DNA of 32,000 bases from Candidatus Saccharimonadota bacterium (GTDB taxonomy: Bacteria > Patescibacteriota > Patescibacteriia > 2-12-FULL-60-25): the NCBI GenBank assembly GCA_022843095.1, contig JALHOH010000001.1, positions 90,001 through 122,000 of the forward strand. The letters are read 5' to 3'. A program made the position numbers and the translations under genes. Positions within the stretch are counted from its first letter, which is position 1. Every line of letters begins with the position of its first letter. Of the stretch, positions 1-8,039 are shown piece by piece. The notes beneath the pieces were generated by a model. The model did not search any database and was not told where the DNA came from. It saw only the letters and a list, made by a program, of their open reading frames with translations.

Positions 1-44
1 GCCGTGCAAGCTAACCGTTCGCAAGTTGTTTTCCTCTTTCGTAC

Positions 45-72
45 CGAGCGAGGTCGAGGAATATCTCGCTCG
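45..72 (-). other. Perfect 8-bp stem hairpin just downstream of the helicase stop; the loop contains TCGAGGAA
   Basis: CGAGCGAG (45-52) pairs with CTCGCTCG (65-72). No U-tract follows on the minus strand, so this is not a canonical intrinsic terminator. Confidence 0.5.
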
Positions 73-79
73 TGTGCGC

Positions 80-3000
80 TTAGCGTTTCTTCTTCATCGA
101 AGAAAGAAACGCTGTGACCGCATCCGCCGAAGCGGGTGCGGTCGAGTTCTTTGCCTCCGGCGCCGGCGCTTTTGGCGCGGGCGAGGGCGGAACGGGCTTC
201 GGCGCCGCTTTCGACGGCTCCGAAACCACGCTTACTTCCATCGGGATGATCTCACGACCATCCCGGTAGAAGATCACGGGGTAGATCATAGCGGGCTTCT
301 GGGTATCCCCATAAGCCCAGCCAATCGCCCACACCCCGTCGGTGAGCGTCGTGGGAAGGATCACCGTCCCCTCCCAGTTGACGTTCCCCTTCCAGGACAA
401 ATCACGGACGGTGATCCGAAGCCCTGGAACGGTTTCGATCCAGAAGCGTTCCTTTCGCCGCTCATCGAGCGACTCCAGGCGGGATTCGGCGGCGCCCTTC
501 GCGGGAAACACCTCGAACCCCTCGGCTTTTTTGCCGCTGCTTACGTAGACGCGGCCAGCGTCCACGAGCAGAAAGATCTGTCCTTGCGGAAGCGATTGGA
601 TCTTCTCCAAGATCGTGTCGCGTCGCGCAAAGGCCTCTTGCTGCGCCCTCGCCTCTTCGGCTTTCTTATCAGCCAAAGATTTGAGTGCCGCTACCGCCTC
701 GCCAAGAAGCGCATTGGCCTCCTGCGTCCAGGTCTGGAGGTCTTCCAGTCCGGACGGCAGGTACTCGTAACGCTTGCTGTCGACGCGCGAACGGAGGTCG
801 CCGTCCAGATCGTACCAACCCTCGCGGGACTGGACGCTCCGGAGCGACTCCTGCGCTGCCTCGGCCATGGCCTTGGTCTCGTCGAACTGCTTCTGCTTGA
901 TCGCCTCCTCGCGGATGCTCTCGAGCTTGGCAGCCGACTTCGCACGCGCGGCATTGGCCTCCTCGCGAACCTGGAACCACTTGCCCTCGAACCAGGGGTC
1001 CGAGGAGTAGTACCGGTAGTCCTTGAGGTCGACCGCGCCAAAGGCGACGAGTGACGTTCCGTCGATGACCGAGATGCCGTACCGGCATTCGATGATCTCC
1101 GGAACGACCGACGTCGGATCGGCGGGGTCCGGCAGCCCGATGGCCGGACGGCCTTCGGTCGGCCAGTTGTCCCAGAGGCACTTGTTCGCGCGGCTCACGC
1201 AGCGCGTCTTGAGCTCCGGGATGTCCCGGCCGCTGACGGTGTCGTAGTAGCCGAAGGGCACTACGACTTCCACCACGCGACCTCCCGGGAGCTTGACCCC
1301 CGCGTCCGGCAGCTCGCGCCAGCCGTGCGCGGTGATCGTGTCTCGATCGAGCGTAATCCGCGGGGTGTGACCCTCACGGTACTCGACCCGGAACGTCCGA
1401 CCGATCACCGTGATCTCGTCGGGGTTCTCGCCCATGACGAGCTCGACCAATTCCGCGTCGGGCGCGGGTGGCTCGAGCGCTGCAGGGTCAACGACCTCTG
1501 CCATTCGCCGAGCGCCACAAAGACACTTCTTCAGATAGGCGCCGACCTCCTCCGGACTCATCACCGTGAAGATCGTCTCGCCAGCACGCGTGTTGAGCGC
1601 GCGAGCTTCAGTCTGCGCGTAGCGCGGTTGTGCCGCGAGCCACGCGCAGAAGATGTTTGCCGCCTCGACGTGCTCGGGATCGGCGACCGCCTCCTCCTTG
1701 ATCTTCTGCCCGTTGAAGAACGTCTCGGTGGTCGAAACCACGGAGTCCTTCGCCGAGTCGAAGTACGGGCGGAGACCGGTCTTCCGCTCCACGAGCTGCG
1801 GGGCGACGTCGGCGAGCAGCTGCGGATCGACCGCCGTGGCCATCGAGACGAGGCGCAGGGTCACGAGACGACCCCGACGATCCTTGATCTGGATGTCCTT
1901 CGGTAGGCCGACGAGCCACTCGGGACCGCCGCGCACGACCGACTCACGCGCGAGCTCGCGCTCGACCGGCGAACCGTTGATGTACCGGCCGTACTGGCTC
2001 CGGTACAAATGATCCACCATGCCGGCGACACAGGCCTTCAGGATGGCCTGCCGCTCTTCCTCCTTCGAAGCGAACTTCTTGGAGTCGGAGCGAACCTCGC
2101 TGCGCGTCGCGTCCAGGAGCTTCCGGCGGAGTTCGTCCGCGCGGAAGAAATCCTTGACGAAGATGCCCGCCTCACGGAGGGCCTCCGCCTTGGACTGTCC
2201 GTTCCGACCCTTCATCTCCTTGCCCTTCTCGAACACGTCGAGGGTGGCGAGGAGGTCGGATTTGGACTCCTGGGTGAGCGACCGCCACTGGCCTTCGCGG
2301 CCGCGGATGTCGCCGGCCTCGAGGCATCCAGCGATGGTCGCCACCTGCTCGACCACGCCGTGACGCTCCGCCTCGATCAACATGCGAGCGTACTCGCACG
2401 AGACCGAGAAGCGCGCCATGCGACGGCCGATCTTGGTGACGTTCCCCTCGCCGGACATGGCACCGAGCGCCACGAGCGCGCGACGGGCGTCGACCAGCGT
2501 GTCCTTGTCCGGCTGGTGAAAGAACTCCAACGCCGTGGCATCAAAGCCTTGCACTGCCAGACGCAGAACCATCTGGTCGAGACGCGAACGGAGCACCTCG
2601 GCGAGCGGGAACGGGCGGCGATCGTTCATCCCGATGTCGGATGCCAGGACGTAAATCCCTGGCTTGGTCCGACCGGCGCGCCCGGCGCGCTGCGCGGCGT
2701 CGGCTTGGGAAATGGGCTTGAGGTAGAGTCCCTCGATCCCATCCGCCAGCTCGACACGCCTCTCGATCCCGCTGTCGACGACGGCGTCGATGTCGGGGAT
2801 GGTGACCGACGTCTGAGCGACGTTGGTGGCCACCACCACCTTCACCTTACCGTTCGGCGCGGGCGCGAACGCGCGCTGCTGATCGCCGGGCTCCATGTCG
2901 CCATGGAGCGGGAGGACGAGGGCAGTCGTCCCCAGCTGGGTTTCAAGAGCGGAGACGCTTTCGCTAATCTCCTTCTTACCCGGCTGGAAGACGAGGACGT

Positions 3001-3634
3001 TCCTCCCCTCCTTGGCGAGCTTCACCGCCTCGGCGATCAAATCGCGCGAGGAGGCCGCCCGCTTCTCGACGGGGAACAAACGCCCGGGGACCGAAATCAC
3101 CGGTACGCCCTCGCCATAGAAGGCGGACAGCTTCTCGGCCTCGAGCGTGGCACTCATGAGCACCACCTTGAGGTCGTCGCCAGCGCTGATGCGGGACTTC
3201 ACCCACGCCACGAGGACCTCGACGTTGAGGTTCCACTCGTGGACTTCGTCGAGGACGAGAACGGTCTTGCGACCCGTCCCGCCCTGACCGGCGAGCTCGC
3301 GGACGAGCTGCAACCCGTCCGTGACGAACAAGATCTCGGTTGCAGCCGAATCCGAACGCTCCTCGGCGGTCCGGAAGCCGACGCGGTCGCCCAACCGCGT
3401 TCCCATTTCCTGGGCCACGCGCTGGGCGAGCGCGCGGGCGGCGAGCCGACGGGGCTGGGTGCAGATCACCCGGTACCCGGCAGATGCGAGCATCTGCGGC
3501 ACCTGGGTGCTCTTACCAGCACCGGTCTCGGCGGTGATGATGGTCACCGCCGCCCCGCTCACAGTCTTCAGGATCTCATCCTTGAATCCGATCACGGGTA
3601 GGCTCGAACCGTTGCTACCGTTTCCATTCTTCAT
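80..3634 (-). CDS. DEAH/RHA-family (HrpA-like) ATP-dependent RNA helicase with ~600-aa uncharacterised C-terminal extension
   Basis: The translation carries the full motif set: GETGAGKSTQ (I), TQPRRLAA (Ia), DEVHE (II), SAT (III), TNVAQTSVTI (V), QRAGRAGR (VI). The track ORF runs to 3766, but I place the start at ATG 3634 (MKNGNG...), which is preceded by GGAGA 5 nt upstream. The C-terminal half has coiled-coil-like and Pro/Ala-rich segments with no motif I recognise. Confidence 0.9.
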   Translation of the reverse strand: MKNGNGSNGSSLPVIGFKDEILKTVSGAAVTIITAETGAGKSTQVPQMLASAGYRVICTQPRRLAARALAQRVAQEMGTRLGDRVGFRTAEERSDSAATEILFVTDGLQLVRELAGQGGTGRKTVLVLDEVHEWNLNVEVLVAWVKSRISAGDDLKVVLMSATLEAEKLSAFYGEGVPVISVPGRLFPVEKRAASSRDLIAEAVKLAKEGRNVLVFQPGKKEISESVSALETQLGTTALVLPLHGDMEPGDQQRAFAPAPNGKVKVVVATNVAQTSVTIPDIDAVVDSGIERRVELADGIEGLYLKPISQADAAQRAGRAGRTKPGIYVLASDIGMNDRRPFPLAEVLRSRLDQMVLRLAVQGFDATALEFFHQPDKDTLVDARRALVALGAMSGEGNVTKIGRRMARFSVSCEYARMLIEAERHGVVEQVATIAGCLEAGDIRGREGQWRSLTQESKSDLLATLDVFEKGKEMKGRNGQSKAEALREAGIFVKDFFRADELRRKLLDATRSEVRSDSKKFASKEEERQAILKACVAGMVDHLYRSQYGRYINGSPVERELARESVVRGGPEWLVGLPKDIQIKDRRGRLVTLRLVSMATAVDPQLLADVAPQLVERKTGLRPYFDSAKDSVVSTTETFFNGQKIKEEAVADPEHVEAANIFCAWLAAQPRYAQTEARALNTRAGETIFTVMSPEEVGAYLKKCLCGARRMAEVVDPAALEPPAPDAELVELVMGENPDEITVIGRTFRVEYREGHTPRITLDRDTITAHGWRELPDAGVKLPGGRVVEVVVPFGYYDTVSGRDIPELKTRCVSRANKCLWDNWPTEGRPAIGLPDPADPTSVVPEIIECRYGISVIDGTSLVAFGAVDLKDYRYYSSDPWFEGKWFQVREEANAARAKSAAKLESIREEAIKQKQFDETKAMAEAAQESLRSVQSREGWYDLDGDLRSRVDSKRYEYLPSGLEDLQTWTQEANALLGEAVAALKSLADKKAEEARAQQEAFARRDTILEKIQSLPQGQIFLLVDAGRVYVSSGKKAEGFEVFPAKGAAESRLESLDERRKERFWIETVPGLRITVRDLSWKGNVNWEGTVILPTTLTDGVWAIGWAYGDTQKPAMIYPVIFYRDGREIIPMEVSVVSEPSKAAPKPVPPSPAPKAPAPEAKNSTAPASADAVTAFLSSMKKKR

Positions 3635-3870
3635 GATGTCTCCTCGAGCCAGGGGTGCCTTGCGGCTATTCCCACCCTGCTCGGCCAGCTTTTCAAGGCT
3701 GACTTCCTTTCGGCTTTTTGGCCTACAGGCATGCGGGCAGGGAGGCCCGGGAGTTCTATCACTCACGTAGACAGAAACACGTCTCTCTCCTCGAGAGAAG
3801 AAAATCGAGACCGACTCTCTTCTCGCGACGAAATCCTCAATCCGAGGCCGAACCCTGCGTTCGACATCAA

Positions 3871-3923
3871 ATCGAGGAACCCACCATCGCTTGTGCAGGG
3901 CGTTGGTGGGTCTTCGAGTGCAG
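3871..3923. repeat. Intergenic hairpin motif, copy A
   Basis: atcgaggaa, then stem cccaccatcgc (3880-3890), loop ttGTGCAgg, stem gcgttggtggg (3900-3910), then tcttcgagtgcag. The stem has 10 of 11 positions paired. Confidence 0.7.
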
Positions 3924-4202
3924 TGGTTACGCCACTATCCGGCTCGTACACGAGCGTGTCCCGGGGATCAGTCGGGATTGTTCGGCTGGGGATCGCGTTT
4001 CCAGCCGTTTGGGCTCTGATGCTTTGTCGGGGGATGCCTCCGACTCGTCATCTCAAGGGGAGCCCTTGGCAGAAATGTTGCGTAGTCCGCTATGGACACG
4101 CGCATCTGCCGCTCTCCAACTCCGGTTACATCATCTTCTCGACGATGTGGAGCTGTCCCGGTTCACGCCGGTGCGTTTTGCGGCATCCGCTATGCGAGCG
4201 AC

Positions 4203-4709
4203 TCAGCCGACCTTCGCCCACTCGAGACCGAGCTCGAGAGCCTTCGCCGCAGACACCTTGGTGCCGTGCGGAAAGTCTCTCGTCTCAATCCGAGAGGGCA
4301 TGATCGGCTCGCCGGGGAAGAAGGTCCAAACGACCTCCTTCCCGCTCGCGCGGTCGGGTCCGAGGAGGAGGACAGTGAAGTCCACCTCCGGACCGAGGAC
4401 TCCCTCGACCACCGCCTCCACGTTTCCCGTGGACTTGGGGTCAGAGAGGGTCACCTCCGTCTGCGGAACAAGTTCCACGAGACGAAGGAGACCGAATCGC
4501 CCTCGGATCGGAGCCCGAAACCCGCACGCCGACGACGAAATCGCCGGATGCGAGTACTCCTCCCACGCCACGCTCTGAAGATCTTTCAGAGTCGTAGCAG
4601 CGAGGAACCGCGAGCCTGCACCACCGCCCGGCTGACGCTGCGCAAGGCAGCTAGCCAGGTACGATGGATCGGTCGCGGCGAATGCCGCCAGAATGCGCTC
4701 GTGCGTCAT
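4203..4709 (-). CDS. Hypothetical protein (168 aa), no recognisable motif
   Basis: The ORF is on the same strand as its neighbours and its composition is protein-like. It has an ATG start and no strong SD. The plus-strand ORFs that overlap it look like high-GC artefacts. Confidence 0.6.
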   Translation of the reverse strand: MTHERILAAFAATDPSYLASCLAQRQPGGGAGSRFLAATTLKDLQSVAWEEYSHPAISSSACGFRAPIRGRFGLLRLVELVPQTEVTLSDPKSTGNVEAVVEGVLGPEVDFTVLLLGPDRASGKEVVWTFFPGEPIMPSRIETRDFPHGTKVSAAKALELGLEWAKVG

Positions 4710-4885
4710 TCTGGTTTCTTGCGCTGTATATTCTCCGAGCTTCCCCGGATATTCTTAGCGCAAGCCATTCAAGGCCACTTCACTTCGTTTTGTCATTGGC
4801 ACCATGCCGCAGATCAAAACGAAGTTCATCGCTCCTCGATGCGACATCCCATTATTCCTCCCCGGAGGAACGAATGAGATGGCAG

Positions 4886-4936
4886 ATCAAGGATCCCACC
4901 GCAGCCGTGCAAGCGCTGGTGGGTCTTCGAGTGCAG
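4886..4936. repeat. Intergenic hairpin motif, copy B
   Basis: atcaaggat, then cccac-cg-cagc, loop cGTGCAagc, gctg-gtggg, then tcttcgagtgcag. The 3' flank tcttcgagtgcagt is identical to copy A. It starts about 9 nt after the NTase stop codon. Confidence 0.7.
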
Positions 4937-4944
4937 TTGTAGGC

Positions 4945-5457
4945 TCACTTCACGAGGCCACCAGCGATTGCTCGCCGCTCGACCTCGGATCGCGTTTCCG
5001 ACTTGAAGGCTTTGTAGGCCTTCTTGTCGGAGCGAAGTTCCAGCTTGCGCCGACGGACTTCCGCAAGCTCGTTCTCGGTCAGAACGAGCCGATAGAACCG
5101 CGCCCAACCCACGTAAGCGCGATTCCTGAGACACCCCTCGACGTCGAGAGGAAGGACGAGCTCGGGGTGGTTGAGCTTGCCCTCGATCATGACCCCTTGG
5201 CTTTCACCGTGGGGCCAGTCGCCGACCGGAATCACCTTGCGAAAGGCGAGACCGGTGACCTGTTCGATCCGAGAGCGCAGCGACTCGCTCATCGGATTTT
5301 CGGTGAGGAAGCGGACATCGACGTCGATGCAGTCCGCGCCCTCCAGGATAAACAGACCGGAAATGAGGGATCCTCCGAGGATCACCTCGACCTCCGTGCC
5401 CAGCGCATCCTGCCACTGAGCCATGAGACCTTCGACGACCTTGAGGATTTGATCCAC
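4945..5457 (-). CDS. Minimal Pol-beta-superfamily nucleotidyltransferase (170 aa)
   Basis: ILGGSLISGLFILEGADCIDVDVRF matches the hG[GS]-x(9-13)-DxD pattern. A third acidic strand follows at LPLDVEG. The start is GTG at 5457, preceded by AAGGAGG 5 nt upstream. Confidence 0.75.
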   Translation of the reverse strand: MDQILKVVEGLMAQWQDALGTEVEVILGGSLISGLFILEGADCIDVDVRFLTENPMSESLRSRIEQVTGLAFRKVIPVGDWPHGESQGVMIEGKLNHPELVLPLDVEGCLRNRAYVGWARFYRLVLTENELAEVRRRKLELRSDKKAYKAFKSETRSEVERRAIAGGLVK

Positions 5458-5528
5458 GGCCGCCTCCTTCTTTGAATTTTTTTATCGCAGAATGTTTTTC
5501 AAGGAGCTGCGATATCTCCTTTGGCAGA

Positions 5529-6110
5529 CTACTCCCCGCGGTTTGCCATTCCTGCGAGAATCTCGGCGAGCGCCTTGATGGTCGGACGATCTGCGACCGG
5601 TTCGCCGCGCTCCAAATGGTGCACGGATCCCCTGTGGACGCCATCCTCACCGAGCTGAGGGACGTCGTCCGTCTGGCCGTGGTAGTCGCTGTGGATCTCG
5701 GCCAGAACCTTGATCCCCAACTTCTCGCAGAACGCCCTCCACTCCGGAAAGCGGCTCACGTCCCCTGCGAGAAGGACGGCGTGAGTGGCGGTCGAGCAGA
5801 TCTGCTCGTTCTCCGCCGAAGGAATCCCGCCAATGTCTACCACGACCAGCGGGAGCGCAACTTTCTTCACCGAATCCGTTATGCGCTTCACGAACTCGGG
5901 GGTGAACTTCGACTTGTAGGCGGCCTTGAGTTCAGCCGCCGTCTGGGGATCGACGTTCACCGTCTCCTGGAACCACGCGCCCTCCCCATCGGGGCACGCG
6001 GTGATCACGTACGGATACGGCGCGCCAGGAATGCGCCGCACCGCGTCCTTTAAGCCCTGCCTCATGCAGGACTTCCCCGAACGCGGGGGACCGCAGAGTA
6101 CGACTTTCAT
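5529..6110 (-). CDS. Small P-loop NTPase (193 aa)
   Basis: Walker A is GPPRSGKS and Walker B is LPLVVVDIGG. I chose ATG 6110 (MKVVLCG...) because a strong AAGGAGG lies upstream. The 12 nt upstream of the start (ggccgcctcctt on the plus strand, 6111-6122) are identical to those upstream of the NTase gene (5458-5469). Confidence 0.8.
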   Translation of the reverse strand: MKVVLCGPPRSGKSCMRQGLKDAVRRIPGAPYPYVITACPDGEGAWFQETVNVDPQTAAELKAAYKSKFTPEFVKRITDSVKKVALPLVVVDIGGIPSAENEQICSTATHAVLLAGDVSRFPEWRAFCEKLGIKVLAEIHSDYHGQTDDVPQLGEDGVHRGSVHHLERGEPVADRPTIKALAEILAGMANRGE

Positions 6111-6219
6111 GGCCGCCTCCTTGTGAGGAACTATCCACGTACTGCTTCTCGGAATATCCGAGATTATCAGTAGCGATTTCCTTCCTCGATTGAAGCTCCG
6201 ATCCATGATCAGAAGTTCG

Positions 6220-6270
6220 ATCGAGGACCCCACATAGCTTTTGTGCAAAAGCGACATGGGGCTCGAGTGC
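6220..6270. repeat. Intergenic hairpin motif, copy D
   Basis: atcgaggac, then outer stem cccca/tgggg, inner stem gctttt/aaaagc, GTGC at the loop apex, then ctcgagtgc. Confidence 0.65.
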
Positions 6271-6366
6271 TTGCCAGAAGCCGTCTGGCAACGGACCCGT
6301 CGTTTTCTAGAGCCGGGATTTCGCTCAAACTCGGAGATCAATCCGAGGAATTTCTGCAAAGGGTGA

Positions 6367-6705
6367 TCAGCCCTCGAGCACCTCCGCCGCCGGGATCAGG
6401 GATCCGACCGTCCGCTCGGGGTCGTGCGACACCGCGACGACGTAGGCCGCCATCTTCGGATCGAAGCAGGCGACCGCACCGAAGCGGTGGGCCACGGCGT
6501 GCCCGATCGCGATCGCGACGGGGAGCGAGGCGGGGCCGTTGAGGAGGCAGAGCTTGCCCCCCTCGAGACCCAACGCCTCGACGCTGGCGACCGCGTCCTT
6601 GACGATCGCATCGTTCTGCGCGGGAGCGCCGAACGAGAGCGTGAGAAGGCAGGCGGGGACGGAGGCAACGGTGCGGGCGGCGAACTTCACGTTGTAGGTC
6701 GTCAT
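6367..6705 (-). CDS. Csx3/Crn3-like protein (112 aa), putative cyclic-oligoadenylate ring nuclease / RNA deadenylase fold
   Basis: Start is ATG 6705 (MTTYNVKF...) with AAGGAGA upstream. The segment LLNGPASLPVAIAIGHAVAHRFGAVACFDPKMAAYVVAVSHD resembles, from my memory of Archaeoglobus Csx3, the core ...GRGPIWL..AH....VAVYDPRLGAVVVQSHS. The size of ~100 aa fits the family. The coding call is firmer than the family call. Confidence 0.6.
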   Translation of the reverse strand: MTTYNVKFAARTVASVPACLLTLSFGAPAQNDAIVKDAVASVEALGLEGGKLCLLNGPASLPVAIAIGHAVAHRFGAVACFDPKMAAYVVAVSHDPERTVGSLIPAAEVLEG

Positions 6706-7153
6706 GATGGTTTTTCTCCTTTTGGGGAGATGGGGCGAACTTGTGAGAGAACCGTAACTCTCACTCCCGTTATTTTGTCGCTTAGCCCGATACGTCGGAG
6801 CCACGTTCATATCTCTTCCCCACCTCTCGATGGAGCTATCGACCCTGGATACCCGGGCCGGAGGGTATTCGGGATGCATTCGGATTGCCGACGTTCTTCA
6901 CGCGGCTACGAACACATCCCACGGCACCTTCACCGTTGTTCATCCCGCACAGGCATCATCCTCTCCTCGAGGTCATGTCTGTGCATGTGAGCGCCATCGG
7001 CAGGAGTCGCACCTGCTCGCATCCCTGGAACCCGTCTGAGGGGCCGCGCATCTCGCGCGCTTCTGTTGTCCAGGCGATGGCACGTTCGGGTTTCCCCGAT
7101 CTGAAGCCCTGACGTAAGCCCCGCAATAGATGATGTGGGTGTCAGGAATTCGG

Positions 7154-7190
7154 ATCGGATGCCAACGTGTGCATGTTGGCTCCGAGTGCA
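7154..7190. repeat. Intergenic hairpin motif, copy C (short-stem variant)
   Basis: atcggat, then stem gccaac, loop gtGTGCAt, stem gttggc, then tccgagtgca. After that, tttgtaggct parallels copy B gttgtaggct. The stem sequence differs from A and B but still pairs, which is covariation. Confidence 0.65.
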
Positions 7191-7267
7191 TTTGTAGGCT
7201 TCCCCCACTCCCTCTTGCGAGGACTACGGTGTGGTTTTTGTACGGGTAGCCACGCCCGGGATGGTGG

Positions 7268-7687
7268 TCAGTTCGTGTAGAACGTCGTGGACCTGCCCAT
7301 CCAGCAGACCACCACCTGGCGACCGTTGCGCCGCACCACCGCGCTCTTCGGGAGGCTGTTCGACTTGAATGCCTCCTTCAAAGCTTCGGTCGCGAGCGCC
7401 TGCTCGCCCTTCTTCTCGTCCGCTGCCTTCACCGCTGCTACGCGCGCAGCCTCCTTCTGCCGCGATGCCTTGTGACATGAGCGACAGACCTTGGCGTTCG
7501 GTACGGCGGATGGAGCGATGAACTTCGCACCGCAGGCACAGGTGATCACAGGGCGGGCGTTGGCGTTGGTGTTGGTGTTCACTTTTTTCTCCGCTGGTTT
7601 CTCTAGCCAGCGGCCTTTTGTGGCGTCATGGTCCAGCGAAATTGCTGGAGGACATGGCGCCCGACGGAACAGGACGAATTCCTTCAT
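7268..7687 (-). CDS. Hypothetical zinc-ribbon-like protein (139 aa)
   Basis: CxC...CxxC arrangement in VITCACGAKF...KVCRSCH, followed by a Lys/Ala-rich helix. There is no clear SD, and high GC makes spurious ORFs likely, so confidence is moderate. Confidence 0.45.
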   Translation of the reverse strand: MKEFVLFRRAPCPPAISLDHDATKGRWLEKPAEKKVNTNTNANARPVITCACGAKFIAPSAVPNAKVCRSCHKASRQKEAARVAAVKAADEKKGEQALATEALKEAFKSNSLPKSAVVRRNGRQVVVCWMGRSTTFYTN

Positions 7688-8039
7688 CCGTTTTCGTCGT
7701 TTAGTTGTCGAAGAGCGTGGGAGGAACCCCCGTTCCTTCCCTCATCGCGTGTAGTAGCGACTGCAGGATGTTCGACCCTTGGAAGGGTCCAACTCCCGCG
7801 CACTCGTTACTACGAATCCTCTCTGTAGGATTCGAGAGCCACCACGATCTGTTTGCCGTACCGCGATGTAACTCGCGGTTTTGGTATGCCGTCCGTGGCC
7901 TCTCCGATATCAGTTCGGAGCAGTTCAGAGATGTGGCTGATTGCCTTAGGGCAGGATCTCTCTCCTTGGTGATCGCGCGAGGGCGACCATCATCCCCTAA
8001 AACCATCAGCATCACAGAAGTGAAAAGGTGCGTTTTGCC

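Noticed and set aside
26-3601. Long plus-strand ORFs (26..1054, 1325..1906, 2009..3601 and others) and alternative-frame minus-strand ORFs overlapping the helicase gene
   Set aside because: They are antisense to, or out of frame with, an ORF that carries a complete DEAH helicase motif set. Their translations are Arg/Gly/Pro-rich, as expected for spurious ORFs in high-GC DNA.
3718-4877. Plus-strand ORFs 3718..4578, 3731..4303 and 4092..4877
   Set aside because: They span an intergenic repeat region and run antisense to the better-looking 4203..4709 minus-strand ORF. Their composition is low-complexity and Arg/Ser-rich, and they have no SD.
5458-5528. The TATCGCAG...CTGCGATA hairpin (5477-5516) between the P-loop and NTase genes as an intrinsic terminator
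   Set aside because: On the transcribed (minus) strand the stem is followed by an A-run, not a U-tract. It may be a regulatory or stabilising hairpin, but I cannot support a terminator call.
3871-7190. Interpreting the repeated hairpins as integron attC sites bounding gene cassettes
   Set aside because: The arrangement of one structured site per gene on the same strand is reminiscent of cassettes. But the flanks do not fit the RYYYAAC / GTTRRRY core consensus (only copy C comes close, with GCCAAC/GTTGGC), and there is no intI or attI in the window.
7751-7833. A tRNA, tmRNA fragment or att site at the island boundary, prompted by the GTTCGACCC-like sequence and nested stems
   Set aside because: The stem and loop lengths do not fit a cloverleaf: the inner hairpin has a 6-nt loop, and there is no acceptor/T-arm geometry and no CCA context. 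The sequence is not similar to either tRNA in the window.
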